From positions 16,926,001 through 16,990,000 of the forward strand of contig NC_043012.1 in the NCBI RefSeq assembly GCF_006345805.1: a stretch of 64,000 bases of DNA, read 5' to 3'. The stretch is from Octopus sinensis (lineage: Eukaryota). The position numbers and the translations under genes were made by a program. Shown piece by piece: positions 1 to 11,674 of this stretch (the first letter of the stretch is position 1; each line of letters starts with the position of its first letter). The notes beneath the pieces were generated by a model. The model did no database searches and had not been told where the DNA came from. It saw nothing but the letters and a program-made list of their open reading frames with translations.

Positions 1-445
1 CCCAAGATGTTGTGGAGTGGAACTGATCTGAAAGCCATTAGCTAAGAATATGAAGTATGACAGGTAAAAAAACCCAAAACAAAAGAAGAGAGTTATGTCC
101 CTTGTGAAGGCCACATCCCAGAAGCTTTTTATGGCCTCTGTTCTTAAGTATTGAATAACAAACTCCTGAGACCATTAGTTGTAGTTCAATTTCAGGTCAG
201 CCCTGATGAAGCAGAATTAGGATAAAAAGCCATCTTGCCTTGACCATCATTAGTAAGAGGTTTATTACCTCAAACTGTATGTTTTGTAAAAGAACAATGT
301 TTTAGAGAAGCAGCGATGGATGGGCGTCTTCTGCCTGCCCTCATTAATACCATTTTTTTTTTTCATCATTCATCTCATTAATGTTTTTGTCCAACCTGCA
401 GCTACTACTTCTATGTAATGCCTTGATGGTAAATTGAATGAAATA

Positions 446-830
446 AAGAAGCTTGCTTAACAACCACATGGTTCCGGGTTCAGTCCCACTGTGTAGCAAC
501 TTGGGCAAGTGTCTTCTACTATAGCCTCAGGCTAACCAAAGCCTTGTGAGTAGATTTGGTAGATGGAAACTGAAAGAAGCCCGTCGTATATATGTATATA
601 TTTGTATATGTATGTGTGTGTATATGTTTGTGTGTCTGTGTGTGTCCTCCCAACATTGCTTGACAACCGATGGTGGTGTGGTTACGTCCCCGTAGCCTAG
701 CAGTTTGGCAAAAGAGACCAATAGAATAAGTACTAGGCTTACAAAGAATAAGTCCTATGGTCAATTTGCTCGACTAAAGGTGGTGCTCCAGCATGGCCGC
801 AATTAAATGACTGAAACACGTCAAAGAGTA
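446..830 (+). mobile_element. SINE family A (tRNA-type head, internal (TA)n/(TG)n, AAAGAGT tail), 5'-truncated
   Basis: B-box-like ggttcagtccc, ttgggcaagtgtc core; near-identical to copies at 14557, 22973, 47187. Confidence 0.9.
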
Positions 831-1010
831 CCCATACAAAACACTTCTGGGCCTTTATTTGATTGCTTGGTCTGCTAGAAATAACAACTATATCTATTTC
901 AGCTTTTTAATTGGATAATATCTTAAATGCTTTGTCTTGGAATACAAAAATAAAATGGTTATTGTTAGAATTTCTTTGGTTATAAGTAAGTTTGATATAT
1001 ATTTTTTATT

Positions 1011-1337
1011 CGTCTGGCACCTGTGTCGGTGGCACATAAAAAGCACCATCCAAGTGTGGCCGTCTGCCAGCCTTGTCTGGCACCTGTGTCGGTGGCACAT
1101 AAAAAACACCATCCGAGCGTGGCCGTTCGCCAGCCTCGTCTGGCACCTGTGTCGGTGGCACATAAAATCACCCACTACACTCTCGGAGTGGTTGGCATTA
1201 GGAAGGGCATCCAGCTGTAGAAACACTGCCAGATCTGACTGGCCTGGTGCAGCCTTCGGACTCCCCAGACCCCAGTTGAACCGTCCGACCCATGCTAGCA
1301 TGGAAAGCGGACGTTAAACGATGATGATGATGATGAT
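1011..1337 (+). mobile_element. Family C element (RTE-LINE 3' end/RTE-tailed SINE) with internal ~63 bp tandem repeats and (GAT)n tail
   Basis: Matches 3' end of the LINE at 59760-60052 (gagtggttggcattaggaagggcatccagctgtagaaa ... gacgttaaacgatgatgat). Confidence 0.88.
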
Positions 1338-1520
1338 CATCATCATCATCATCATCATCATTTAATGTTTATTTTCCATACTGGCATGGTTTGGACAGTT
1401 TGACAGGAGCTGGCCATCTGGCTAGCTGTCCAAACTCCAGTTGTCTCTTCTGACATGGTTTCTGCAACATGATGCCCTTCTTACTTAATGCCAACCACTC
1501 TTCAATGTGTGCTGGGTGCC
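1338..1520 (-). mobile_element. Family C element, older copy, tail-to-tail with the previous one
   Basis: (CAT)n followed by the reverse complement of the family C tail. Confidence 0.8.
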
Positions 1521-1592
1521 CAGTGTAAATGAAAAAATTCTCAAATACACAAAATAAAAAGATATGAATTTTGTTGTTTTTTTCCTTTTCAG

Positions 1593-1715
1593 GTTGATAG
1601 TTTCTCCTTTGGAATGTTTATCTATGAATTGGTCACCTGTCAGCAACCATTATGGAAAGAATCTCATGTTAATAATTTTATCTGCCAAGGTGGACGGCCA
1701 AAACTAACTCCCGAG
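1593..1715 (+). CDS. LRRK1: LRRK/ROCO kinase exon A (kinase subdomains IX-X): VDSFSFGMFIYELVTCQQPLWKESHVNNFICQGGRPKLTPE
   Basis: Acceptor tttccttttcag, donor GAG|gtagg, 123 nt, phase 0-0. The VDxFSFGMFxYE...GGRP pattern is characteristic of LRRK1/invertebrate Lrrk kinases. Family recognised from memory; exact orthology needs a tree. Confidence 0.93.
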
Positions 1716-1798
1716 GTAGGATTCTGATTATTCCCTTTTTTGGATTTTCCTCTTTTGGGTTTTTCTTCAGTGTATTAGTAACTTATTTATCACAACCA

Positions 1799-2635
1799 AG
1801 GCAGCGAGCTGGCAGAAACATTTTGAGTTCAAATTCTGCCGAGGTCACCTTTGCCTTTCATCTTTTTCGGGGTCGATAAATTAAGTACCAGTTACACACT
1901 GGTGTCGATGTAATTGACTTAATCCCTTTGTCTGTCCTTGTTTGTCCCCTCTATGTTTAGCCCCGTGTGGGGAATAAAGAAATAAGAAACGTTAGCACGC
2001 CGGGCGAAATGCTTAGCAGTATTTCATCTGCCGTTACGTTCTGAGTTTAAATTCCGCTGAGGTCGACTTTGCCTTTCATCCTTTCGGGGTCGATAAATTA
2101 AGTACCAGTTACACACTCGTGTCGATGTAATTGACTTAATCCCTTTGTCTGTCCTTGTTTGTCCTCTTTATGTTTAGCCTCTTGTGGGCAATAAAGAAAT
2201 AAGAAACTTTAGCACGCTGGGCGAAATGCTTAGCAGTATTTCATCTGCCGTTACGTTCTGAGTTAAAATTCCGCTGAGGTCGACTTTGCTGTTCATCCTT
2301 TCGGGGTCAATAAATTAAATACCAGTTATGCACTGGGGTCGATGTAATTGGCTTAATCCCTTTGTCTGTCCTTGTTTGTCCCCTCTATGTTTAGCCCCTT
2401 GTGGGCAATAAAGAAATAAGAAACGTTAGCATGCCAGGCAAAATGCTTAGCAGTATTTCATCTGCCGTTACGTTCTGAGTTAAAATTCCGCTGGGGTCGA
2501 CTTTGCCTTTCACCCTTTCAGGGTCGATAAATTAAGTACCAGTTACGCACTGGGGTCGATGTAATTGACTTAATCCGTTTGTCTGTCCTTGTTTGTACCC
2601 TCTTTGTTTAGCCTCTTGTGGGCAATAAAGAAATA
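1799..2635 (+). mobile_element. SINE family B tandem tetramer (~216 bp period)
   Basis: Repeating agaaacgttagcacgccgggcgaaatgc...gagttcaaattcc...cctttcatcctttcggggtcgataaattaagtaccag...gggcaataaagaaata; flanking direct repeat at 1777-1798 and 2636-2656. Confidence 0.92.
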
Positions 2636-2659
2636 AGTAACTTATTTATCACACCATCA

Positions 2660-2930
2660 TTGTATCAACTAGACTATTGAATGTTGTTATACATCGCTAG
2701 TCACAATGCACTTTGTATTGTTTTAGCTTTTGAATGATGTCACCCCACTGGCTAGGCTTACAGGCCAACATCCCCCCCCACACCTTGATCAGAAGGTTAG
2801 TCCATCCACAGGGTGACCCTTTTACAGCTGAGTGGAGTGGGACAACATGAAGTGAAGTGTTTTGCTCAAGAACACAATGCACTGTCCGGTTTGAGAATTG
2901 AACCCATCGTGAGTGCAACAGTCCAACCAC
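2660..2930 (-). mobile_element. SINE family D (tRNA/CORE-like head) copy
   Basis: Shares gaagtgttttgctcaagaacacaa and cacaatgcactttgta with 53225-53482; head similar to 13380 copy. Confidence 0.75.
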
Positions 2931-2979
2931 TTGTATATAGACAGTCAAAATACGGTATGACCAAGGAAACTGAAGATAA

Positions 2980-3285
2980 TCATCATCATCGTTATCATCA
3001 TTTAATGTCTGCTTTCCATGCTGCCATGGGTTGGACAGTTTGATTGAGGACTGGCAAGACAGCAGGCTGCATTGGGCTTCAATCTGATCTGGCAAGGTTT
3101 CTACAGCTGGATGCCCTTCCTAATTCCACCCACGCCAGTTAGGCGGCACTGGCATTGACCATTTTTGGATGGTGCTTTTTATGTGCCAATGGCATGGGAG
3201 CCAGTCAGGGAGCTTTGACATCGACCACGCTCTGATGGTACTTTTTTATGTGCCACTGACACAAGAGCCAGTCAGTGGGCACTGT
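2980..3285 (-). mobile_element. Family C element
   Basis: (CAT)n then ttccatgctgccatgggttggacag...tttctacagctggatgcccttcc. Confidence 0.8.
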
Positions 3286-3307
3286 TGATAATTAACTTCT
3301 GAGGCTG

Positions 3308-3512
3308 TACATTATTTACATTTGATGGATATTTGTCCTCATCTTGTTTGTTGTTAACACAACGTTTCGGCTGATATATCCTCCAGCCTTCATCAGGTGT
3401 CTTGGGGGAAATTTCGAACCTGGGTTCTCATTCCTAAGGCTTTTTTTCGATGTTATTATTATTATATGGCATATGGTTAGGAGCGCGGGCTACTAACTCC
3501 AAGAATCCGAGT
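3308..3512 (-). mobile_element. Penelope-like element (family P1) terminal fragment with inverted piece of the tRNA-like cassette
   Basis: Near-identical to 38860-39000 and to the reverse complement of 51095-51240, which follows a GIY-YIG remnant. Confidence 0.85.
3356..3401 (-). ncRNA. Minimal type I hammerhead ribozyme motif (intact core)
   Basis: Minus strand reads GACAC-CUGAUGA-AGGCUG(gaggauauau)CAGCC-GAAA-CG-UU/GUGUU: stem I GACAC:GUGUU, stem II GGCUG:CAGCC, palindromic ACGU stem III. Confidence 0.8.
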
Positions 3513-3934
3513 GTTTTTGATTCTTTGATAGAAGCAGCACATTAGTTGATGAACTCTTATAGGTTTTCACCCCTGGGACAGATGCATTAAAAAACACAAA
3601 AAAGGCCAACTACAAATGAAAGCTTATATTTTCTATCATATGATTATAAAACTAGTTTGGATTAAATGTTTGATGCAATGGTTTGGCTGTTTTTATCCTT
3701 AAAATCCTAAACCTGAGTTCAGTTGAAGCAATGTTTAGATAATAAAATATATATTAAATAGAGCCAGTTCTAAAATGGTGCATTCTCTCATTTGGGGGCC
3801 TCTCTTCACTGCCATTCCATGTTTCAATCATTTCATCAGGACTCTTTAAATAAGTACCAGTCAAGCACTGGGGGTTGATGTAATTGACTACCCCCCCCCC
3901 AAGTTTCAGGCCTGGTGCCTTTAGTAGAAAGGAT

Positions 3935-3978
<44 letters not shown>

Positions 3979-4500
3979 TTATTATTATTATTATTGAGTG
4001 AGAGAGCAATGCATGCCATCAAAGTGACACTGGGGTATACGAAGCCTAATATAGCCATCATGACTACCCGTCTGATAAGGGTACACCAGGCACATGCATC
4101 ACAACCAATGTGCGCGACATGGTGATCTCATATCAAGATAAACAGCGCATGACCTTGCAGGTGGAGTCCTGTTAGAATTTTCTTCAGGTCAAGTAGCCCA
4201 TCCCATTCAAAAGGTCCTGAATAAGGGCTGTTTAAGGATGATGAACAAAGCACCCATGTTTACAGAGGTGAATTATCCAAACCCCAAAGAATCCCTCTCA
4301 ACACATGACTATAATGCTCCCCCACAACTTCTGCTTGTGATCAGGGATGCACACATCGTCAGCCACCAAGGGTCATGCTCAACTGGTTAAGGTCAAACAA
4401 CTGACAAGCAAATCTGTGGTGTTGAGCAGAATATTTGCTGTAGCCCATCTTTTATACCATGACAAAACAATGTATATGATAACACTTCCAATCAGTTAAG
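3979..4500 (-). mobile_element. Probable LINE 3' UTR fragment with (AAT)n tail
   Basis: Non-coding, GC-richer block ending (on minus) in an (AAT)n tail; no second copy in the window, class inferred. Confidence 0.45.
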
Positions 4501-4776
4501 GTATTATAAAAGGAGAAAGGGGCTCTCTACCCACCTTTTGACCAGGCTCCTGTGGCTTTTATAGGTTTTTCCACGTGAGACCTTTTCTTTTTTCGAAGCG
4601 TCTCCTCTATTGGGAGTTTTGTAAATTGTTGAATTTTTTCGTTGTTGTGAAGCTTGTTTACACGAACTTTTTTCTTTCGAAAAACGGACAAAACCTTTTG
4701 TAACCTTTCGTCCTGTTTTGTTCCTTTATGTTTTCTAATCATATTTGTCAGCCCTTGTGGCCAATAAAAAGAATTA

Positions 4777-4825
<49 letters not shown>
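4501..4825 (+). mobile_element. Probable LINE 3' end (T-rich UTR, gcccttgtggccaataaaaagaa, (ATT)n tail)
   Basis: Terminal sequence resembles the SINE B tail; AATAAA then microsatellite tail. Confidence 0.55.
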
Positions 4826-4827
<2 letters not shown>

Positions 4828-4852
4828 ATCATCAATATTTGTTATTCTCCAG

Positions 4853-5066
4853 GAGACCGAATGTCCTTCCCATTTTCTTGATTTGATGACACTCTGCTGG
4901 TCGCAGGAAGCCAAAGAGCGTCCTTCTATGGACGACATCATTAAATTAGCAAGTTGTACAGAGTTTTGCCACTTTATGGATGCCGTTTCACTTGAAGCTG
5001 CTGTAACTGTTTTGGCATCATGCATATTCTTTTATGGATCCTCATTATCAGAGTCATGTGCATATG
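4853..5066 (+). CDS. LRRK1: LRRK kinase exon B (subdomain XI and linker): ETECPSHFLDLMTLCWSQEAKERPSMDDIIKLASCTEFCHFMDAVSLEAAVTVLASCIFFYGSSLSESCAY
   Basis: Acceptor gttattctccag, donor G|gtaag, 214 nt, phase 0-1. LDLMxxCW...RP is kinase subdomain XI; in frame with exon A. Confidence 0.93.
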
Positions 5067-5673
5067 GTAAGCTGTCTTCACATTATCATTTGCATTATAA
5101 CTCACATATATATGTATGTATGTCTGTGTTTATATATATATATGTATGTGTGTTTATATATATGTATATATATGCATGTACTTTTTTATCCAAGGGGAGG
5201 CAGTGCGAGCAACAACCACAGGAACATCACAAAATTCAAAGATAGACCAAACACATACAAATCTTATATACCAATTTATATCTAAACAGTCCGACATTTA
5301 AAAAAATTAAAAAATTCAATAATATATAAGTATCATATACAAATAAAAATATAAATATAAATTTTGGATATAACACGCTTAAAACTGTTAAAATAAGAGA
5401 AATAAATATTATGATTATAAAATAAAAATATGGCATATCAAAAGACGAATAAAATTCCAGCGAATAGCACATAGAATATAATACATATACAAGCTTATAA
5501 AAATATATGATATACAGAAGTCCATCTACGGGCCGTTTCGGGGATGTGCCTATTAATATCAGACATATCAGTACTTAAAATAGTACTTAAATATATGTAT
5601 GTATGTATGTATATTTGTAGGTATGTGTTATGTGTAGGTGTGTATGTTTATATGTTTGTTTATATGTATGTGC

Positions 5674-5747
<74 letters not shown>

Positions 5748-6234
5748 TATATATAAAATCTACATATCATCCATCTCTTTAGCACTTAAACTGGCCAGAT
5801 TCACATCATCGAAATCTCAAAGCTATGAGATAATGCCTGATTACTTCAAAACAGTATTAAATAAGTAAGCATTACATTTGACAGAGTAATCTGAATGCTA
5901 AAGGGTTCGTGTAAATACATTGTTGAAAGGCAAGTTTACTGCAGTATTCAGCCCGAGATAACGTCTCTTATGGACCTGCTGTGTTTAAAAACTCTGTATT
6001 TGTCAGGAGATGAAAAATCATTCCAGCAATAACTAGCGAGAATGTCAGATGCCTCTCAACATCGTTGGGCCTTGTCATTGGTGTGTACTCCTAGCTAGAC
6101 ATATCTTTAAACAAGATTTGTTGCTTCCAGCAGATAGGAAAATGGTGAATAAACATTGAATACTATTTTGAAATGCATCTGGCATTCTTGTTAACTGCCA
6201 ATGGAAGGATTTTTATCTCCTTCCAATATATATA

Positions 6235-6648
6235 CTCATTACTCATTTAATTGTTTCAGTCATTTGACTGTGGCCATGCTGGAGCACCGCCTTTAGACGA
6301 GCATATTGACCCCGGGACTTATTCTTTGTAAGCCCAGTACTTATTCTATCGGTCTCTTTTGCCAAACCGCTAAGTTACGGAGACATAAACACACCAGCAT
6401 CGGTTGTCAAGCAATGTTGGGGGGACAAACACAGACACACAAACACGTACACACACACACACACACATATATATATACATATATACGACGGGCTTCTTTC
6501 AGTTTCCGTCTACCAAATCCACTCACAAGGCATTGGTCAGCCCGGGCTATAGCAGAAGACACTTGCCCAAGATGCCACGCAGTGGGACTGAACCCGGAAC
6601 CATGTGGTTGTTAAGCAAGCTACTTACCACACAGCCACTCCTGCACCT
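6235..6648 (-). mobile_element. SINE family A, full length
   Basis: Reverse complement of 22973-23412. Confidence 0.92.
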
Positions 6649-7291
6649 ATATGGTGTTTTTTTAGAAAAAGTCATGTCTGTAAGACATATTGTCTCTGGA
6701 CAAATATCTCAGTAAATTTGCCTTCCAACATTGTATTTACATCAAGCATCATACATTGACGGCAATTGTAATTTGATAAGGCTTCTGTTACATATGATGG
6801 TTGGTGACCTCACCAGTGCTGGTGCTACATAAAAAAAAAGCAACCACTATACTCTATAAAGTGGTTGGCATTAGGAAACCATGCCAAAGCTGACAGTAGA
6901 GCTGAGCACTGTCCCCTGGCTTACCAGCTCCTGTCAAACCACCCAACCCATGCCACTATGCAAAATGGGCAGTAGATGATGATGACGATGGACCACTACC
7001 ACCACCACCACCACTACCATCGTCATCATCCACACACACATACGTATTAAAAACGTAGTACCAGCTTTTGTCTCATGGTATCTCTTATGTTTGGTTGGCT
7101 GTCTATAGATCTCTGCTTGCAGAGATCCTTTAATTTTCTTGCAGATTTCCTTGGATATAACATATTTTGTTGTTGTCAATGGTGTCTAGTCCTAGGTCAG
7201 CTCTGATCAGCAGACTTATCATGACAAGCATCCCAATCCATTGATCTTCCAATATATTATTCAGGCTCTGTACATGTACGATCACATTTAA

Positions 7292-7510
7292 CCCTTTAGT
7301 ATTTAAACCGGCCATATCCGGCCAAAATAGTTAATCTGTTTTATGTTCAAACTGACCAGATCCAAGCTCTCACACCTACCCTACAATGTTATACTACATT
7401 AAGTAATTACACCATCAAGATCTTGAAGATATGAGATAATGCATGATTAATTCAAATCAATGGGAATCAATAAGCATTATGTTTGATAGAATAATCTGAA
7501 CACTAAAGGG
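7292..7510. mobile_element. piggyBac-type MITE (family M1)
   Basis: TTAA|CCCTTTAGT ... ACTAAAGGG|TTAA; related pieces at 5775-5906 and 45980-46627. Confidence 0.8.
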
Positions 7511-7632
7511 TTAAATCCCTAATTTCCCTCCCTGTTCCACTCTCTCTTTCTGTCTCTCCCCCTTCATCTCTCTCTCTCTCTCTCTCTCTTTTTCTCCCCT
7601 TCTCATTATACAAACATATCTTGCCTTTTTAG

Positions 7633-7748
7633 AAAATCTACGAGATGCTGGGGAAAGTTACACCCAGCTCTGGCTAAGCACTCACCTGGCTGATAAAAAT
7701 ATGCTGGAAATCTACACCTTTTACCGAAATAAATGTGTGGAGAGCAAG
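7633..7748 (+). CDS. LRRK1: LRRK exon C (start of WD40-like region): (E)NLRDAGESYTQLWLSTHLADKNMLEIYTFYRNKCVESK
   Basis: Acceptor ttgcctttttag, donor AAG|gtaac, 116 nt, phase 1-0 matching exon B; open frame. Confidence 0.85.
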
Positions 7749-7998
7749 GTAACTTATTTACACAATTATTTTCCTTATTTCTCTGTGTAAACTAACCCAT
7801 GTGCCCTTTTTTTCCCTGGCTTCTTCATTATTATCTGCTTTATTCTCTTCCTTCTCAGTCCAGCCTTGACCCTAATTCACAACCCATTTTCTGTTTCTGT
7901 TTTTTCCTGAGTGTTTTCGCTCTTTGAGCAATGGATAAGAGGAAGATTACTGAAGCCGCTTTCTTTTTTTCTTCTCTATTTTTCTTTTTGTCTTCAAG

Positions 7999-8087
7999 TT
8001 TGTGAAACACCTCTCCGTACATGCCTTGTGTAGCAGTGACCAGCATGTGTGGGGTCTTGGAAATAAACAAATGGTATACGTATTTAG
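7999..8087 (+). CDS. LRRK1: LRRK exon D (WD40-like blade): FVKHLSVHALCSSDQHVWGLGNKQMVYVF(S)
   Basis: Long polypyrimidine tract ending tcttcaag, perfect donor AG|gtaagt, 89 nt. Phase 0-2 exactly bridges exon C and exon E; beta-propeller-like pattern (..LC....VW.G....VYVF). Confidence 0.85.
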
Positions 8088-8443
8088 GTAAGTCAATATT
8101 TATTATTAACATACCCCTTCCTCACACACAACCCCTGAAAGACAAACAGAAACAGATGAAATAAAGTATTTATTATGAAGGGGTTAATTTAAGCCAGCAA
8201 ACTGGCAGAATGGTTAGCATGTCAGGCAAATTGCTTAGTGGCATTTTGCCTGTTTTTAGACTCTGAGTTCAAATTCTGCCAAGGTAAGCTTTATTTTCAT
8301 CCTTTTGTGGTCGATAAAATACTTTCTCAAAAGAGTTTGCTTAGATTTCTGCATACATGTGCAGCAGCTATCTGTTGGTCTGTGTCTGTCCATTTATGCA
8401 CTCATATGTACATACATATGTATATGTGATATATATATATATA

Positions 8444-8821
8444 TCTTTATATATAAAAGTCAAGTTGTGTGTCTGTCTCCTACGATTTAGATTCCTAACT
8501 ACTCCCACATTTTGCGGTGCAGTTTAACCAAAACCGGGTATCTTATAGTCGTGATTCATATCGAGGCCTTCTGGGTATTAGCACGCATCTACGATGAGTC
8601 TACGATTAAAAAAAAAATTTACCATCATTTTTTTTCCATTTTAATGCAGTTTTTCGCTATTATATAAGGGAAGTAACTCTCTAAAAATGTCTACGATGAG
8701 TCAACGATTAAAAAAAAAATTTACCATCATTTTTTTTCCATTTTTAATGCATTTTTTTGCTATTTTTTGGCTATAACTCTCTAAAAATGCTTATATAGTT
8801 ATCGCCGGGCGATACTGCTGG
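8444..8821 (+). mobile_element. Non-autonomous Helitron
   Basis: 5' A|TC start, 3' hairpin ATCGCC-G-GGCGAT (8801-8813) followed by CTGG|T (CTRR); internal ~100 bp tandem duplication. Confidence 0.75.
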
Positions 8822-9136
8822 TATATATATAAAATAAATGTGCTAATATTTAATCCACACCAGCGAATTGGCAAAATTGTTGGAGTGTCAGATAGAATGC
8901 CTCATGGTATTTGTTTCAGCTCTTTGTACTCCGAGTTCAAATAACCCAAGGTCAACTCTGCCCATCATCTTTTGGGGATTAATAAAAAAAAAAAACTAAA
9001 TTGCCAACCCACAGTGATGGACTGGTGGGATTGTTAGAGCATTGCTCGAGATACATTGTGACGTGTTGACTGGTGTGTGGCCCCTGTCACATCAATAAAT
9101 ACAAAGCAGGCCCTATACAAAGTGAGATAAATACTG

Positions 9137-9171
<35 letters not shown>

Positions 9172-11674
9172 AAAGCCTTTTTTGAAACCACTTGAGGTGA
9201 AATGGTATCAGTAGAATTAAAACTGGGCCAAAATTGGCTGGAAACTGAGCTTTTTGCCCAAGGTGTCACGTAGTGGGACTGAACCCGGAACCATATGGTT
9301 GGTAAGCAAGCTACTTACCACACAGCCACATTCTTTGCTTTTCCTCTTATTAGGGGTTGATAAAATATAGTACCAGTAATTAATATGGTCGGCGTAATCG
9401 ACCAAACCCTTCCTCCAAAATGTCAGGCTTTGTGTCTCTAGAATGAATTAGTATTGTTTTTAATTTTATTATCATTGAAAGCTGTCCTAATGAGCAACAT
9501 TTTTAGCGTTGATGTCGCTGAATTAAGCATCAGAGATGCTTTAACTCAAGTGGAAACTTTTGGGAACTAATCAGAATCGTCAATCAGAATCTAGGGTATT
9601 TTCATTATTCTTGGACGAGGAAATATTAATTACAGAGTATAAAAAATTGAAGTACCTGATGAAGTCACTGAGTTATCTCCCTTGGAAATTTTCTTTTGTT
9701 CTTTTCAACTTTACAGGGAGGTAACTCTTGTTCATTAAATACGTTTAAATTTGTGCGTCTGTCTAAATCTGTCACGACGAAATGCAAATGTGCCAATTGG
9801 TGCCAAATTCTTGCGTTTACTGCACCGTTTTTTTTTTTGTTTTTGAGAATTGATTGTATTCAGTTTGTATCGGTAATTTTTTATTGTTAATAAGAATTAA
9901 ACCATAGGTTGACAGCAAGATGGATGCCAAATAGACATAAGATTGTAAAACTATCTCAAAACACTAACCGATGTCATGAAGAACTGTCAAAGGAGAGAGA
10001 GAGATGCAGAGAGAGAGAGAGAGGTGGGGAAGATGCAGAATTCTTAGAAATTCAATTTTGGTATTCAGTTTCGTAATTCCACGTATTTAAAACTCTAAAT
10101 TCTTCACTACCTGACTTCGTATTCCATTCCTCCTGAAAACCAATAATAATAATAATAATAATAAAAATAAATATATATTTGTGATGTATTGGGGTTGGTT
10201 TATTCAATTTTTGCGAACCCTCACAACTGTCAGGCAGTGTAGCATTCATTTATAGAGCTTATAGGAGTCGGTAGAAAGTCAGACGAAATGCTCTCTACCT
10301 TACACGGCCATGAGAAAGACGGTGTGATTTTAAAGTTTTATAGATTTACTTCTATACGTGACAAAGCTATAAATTTTATTTCATGGGGACATGTTATGAC
10401 AACTGTGTATTTAACTGAACTTCGTTCTTCAGCTTTAGCATTCTAGATTCAGAGAAGAACTTCAAAAATCAACTTCATGTCGTATTTTTTGAACTTCAAG
10501 ATCGCATCACAATTTGTATACGCAAGGACTATAGATATTGCTGAAAATTAACACTCAAGAAAAAAAAATTGATTTAATAATGTAATAAAAATTCTTTGGC
10601 TTATCCCATTACACAAATAAATCCCGCCAAATATGAAACTAAAATTATATAGTTTTGAAATTGCTCAAGGACTTCACAATGAGTTTATATTTAGTTATGT
10701 CCCTTCCCGTAAGGTGACCATGTCTGAACGGTGTTCACTTTTGCCTTCCATTCTTCCGAAGACTTGAAAAAATACTTAGCAGTCCGATACTGAGACTGAG
10801 TTTAAGGGACAGCTAAAAATTGTGACCTTCTACCAAGTTTAAAAATTATTATTATTTGAGTTGAATATTATAGAAACAGTGTCGTCGTAAGACATGGAGA
10901 CACTGGGCGGTTATATATATATGACATTTACCATGTGAATTACGATGAAAAGGCATGAGAAAGATATGGTATATAATTTTGTTTTTGTGCAGGGGTTCCT
11001 TGAGACATGTCATTTATTTTAAGGGTTAAGCAAGGGTAAAAAGGTTGAGAAACACTGTTCTAGAAGACAAAATCCGATCTGTGTATAATGTGGCTTGCTG
11101 TCAAGAAATAAATACTATTGTGCTTAGAGCACTGATTTTCCCCGGGGCCCGTGATACTGTTAAGACGGTCCTGGATAGAAATCCTGGAACGTGGAACTGA
11201 ATATGGTACAATGTTTCCCTAAATTGTAAATTCACAACATTCTCGGACTGACGACTGACGTTTCTCTCTTTGTTGGTGTTCGAGAAATCAAGTAACAGTC
11301 AATCAAATATTCCCTAATTCTCCAAGTTTCTATTCTTATGCTGCTATGAAGAACGACTATTTGTTGTATAACGCTTCATTGAGACGGGGTTCGGTGGGTT
11401 TTAAGGATTAATTTTTGTCACATTCACGTCAAAACCATTAAGTATTTCAGGATCTCTTTCGACTGTATTTAACTCTTAAGGTTTTTTAAAAAAGGGGAAA
11501 AAGCGTGAATTAATGTGTTATGTTCTGATTTTTCTTTCTGTCCTTCTGGGATCAATAAAATAAATTACTGACAGAGTAATTATTTCAATGTGATCAAGTT
11601 TCCTCTCAGAAAACGTTAGTCTTGTTTAAAAAACAATAACCAAAACAACACTACAGCAATATTTCTAACTAGCT

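Noticed and set aside
1799-2635. Regularly spaced repeats as a CRISPR array
   Set aside because: Whole ~216 bp units repeat with no unique spacers; eukaryotic SINE context, no cas genes.
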